Shown: positions 63,793 to 64,000 of the stretch, piece by piece
Position numbering within the stretch: position 1 is the stretch's first letter
Layout: each line of letters starts with the position of its first letter
Assembly: GCA_035628995.1 (NCBI GenBank)
Contig: DASPIR010000017.1
Location: 4,651-68,650 of the forward strand
Direction of reading: 5' to 3'
Length of the DNA stretch: 64,000 bases
Source of the DNA: Clostridia bacterium
Lineage (GTDB): Bacteria; Bacillota; Clostridia; Lutisporales; Lutisporaceae
Notes under the pieces: model-generated
Seen by the model: the letters and a program-made list of their open reading frames with translations, nothing else
What the model was told of the DNA's origin: nothing
The model's database searches: none
Made by a program: the position numbers and the translations under genes

Positions 63793-64000
63793 AATAATTC
63801 ATATTGCAAAAATTCAACTTGTTATGAGAACAACAAGTCAACTTTGGCGTTTCATAATTTTTATTCAACCGATTTTATATTTAATGATGACATTATTTAT
63901 GATGAATGGATCAATGAGAACCCAATATAGCATGGATGCAGTATTAGGTGCAGGAATGATGGGCACATGGAGTTCAATTCTTTTTTCTTCAGGCTCAGAT
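63785..64000 (+). CDS. ABC-2-type transporter permease, N-terminal part (runs off the window)
   Basis: The ATG at 63785 overlaps the ATPase stop by 8 nt. Hydrophobic sequence ..LWRFIIFIQPILYLMMTLF..GAGMMGTWSSILF... Confidence 0.7.
   Translation, partial: MNKIIHIAKIQLVMRTTSQLWRFIIFIQPILYLMMTLFMMNGSMRTQYSMDAVLGAGMMGTWSSILFSSGSD

Noticed and set aside
1-64000. CRISPR arrays, rRNA genes, and classical defence systems (RM, Cas, CBASS, retron RT, TA pairs)
   Set aside because: Reading both strands, I found no direct-repeat/spacer periodicity, no rRNA-like conserved blocks, and no such protein signatures. The only defence-related family seen is the viperin homolog.

Overview
This 64-kb chromosomal segment comes from an anaerobic, spore-forming Firmicute. 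The Clostridia-like hallmarks are [FeFe]-hydrogenases, a glycyl radical enzyme, a sigma-54 activator, a GerQ-like spore protein and CBO0543-type membrane proteins. I support about 60 protein genes, one tRNA, one riboswitch and one decayed IS element. No CRISPR array or rRNA was seen. By eye there are three compositional blocks. Block 1 (1-3.7 kb) is AT-rich and holds a tyrosine-recombinase stub, orphan small genes and long hairpins. Block 2 (3.7-51.5 kb) is core-like, with GC in the low-to-mid 40s percent by eye. It carries an APC permease; an AraC regulator with a GlpK-family kinase and a class V aminotransferase; and an HfsABCD/HydS-like sensory [FeFe]-hydrogenase module with a PP2C phosphatase. 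It also carries a GntR-headed ~15-kb orphan carboxylate-catabolism island (AcnX large and small subunits, three tandem RraA paralogs, PreA/DHOD-like flavoenzyme, IPMDH-family dehydrogenase, LeuCD-like dehydratase, UbiD, TctCBA, UbiX and an LpdD-like protein). The remaining units are a preQ1-I riboswitch with queT, and a sigma-54/EBP-controlled glycyl-radical (HypD-like) operon with aminopeptidase P and a PatB-type lyase. Block 3 starts at tRNA-Arg(CCU) at 51.6 kb. A frameshifted IS256-family element is followed by a strongly AT-rich (about 30% GC by eye) co-directional cluster that runs off the window end. That cluster encodes a viperin-family radical SAM enzyme, a double-module U32 Fe-S protein, a SAM methyltransferase, two ATP-grasp ligases, a chorismate mutase-DAHP synthase fusion, a CYTH-domain protein and an ABC-2 exporter. 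I rate block 3 as the best candidate for an undescribed system, namely a pathway making a decorated 3'-deoxy-3',4'-didehydro nucleotide or nucleoside. The orphan carboxylate island is the runner-up. All family calls come from motifs read by eye. No searches or computations were run, and coordinates of non-ORF features may be off by 1-2 nt.
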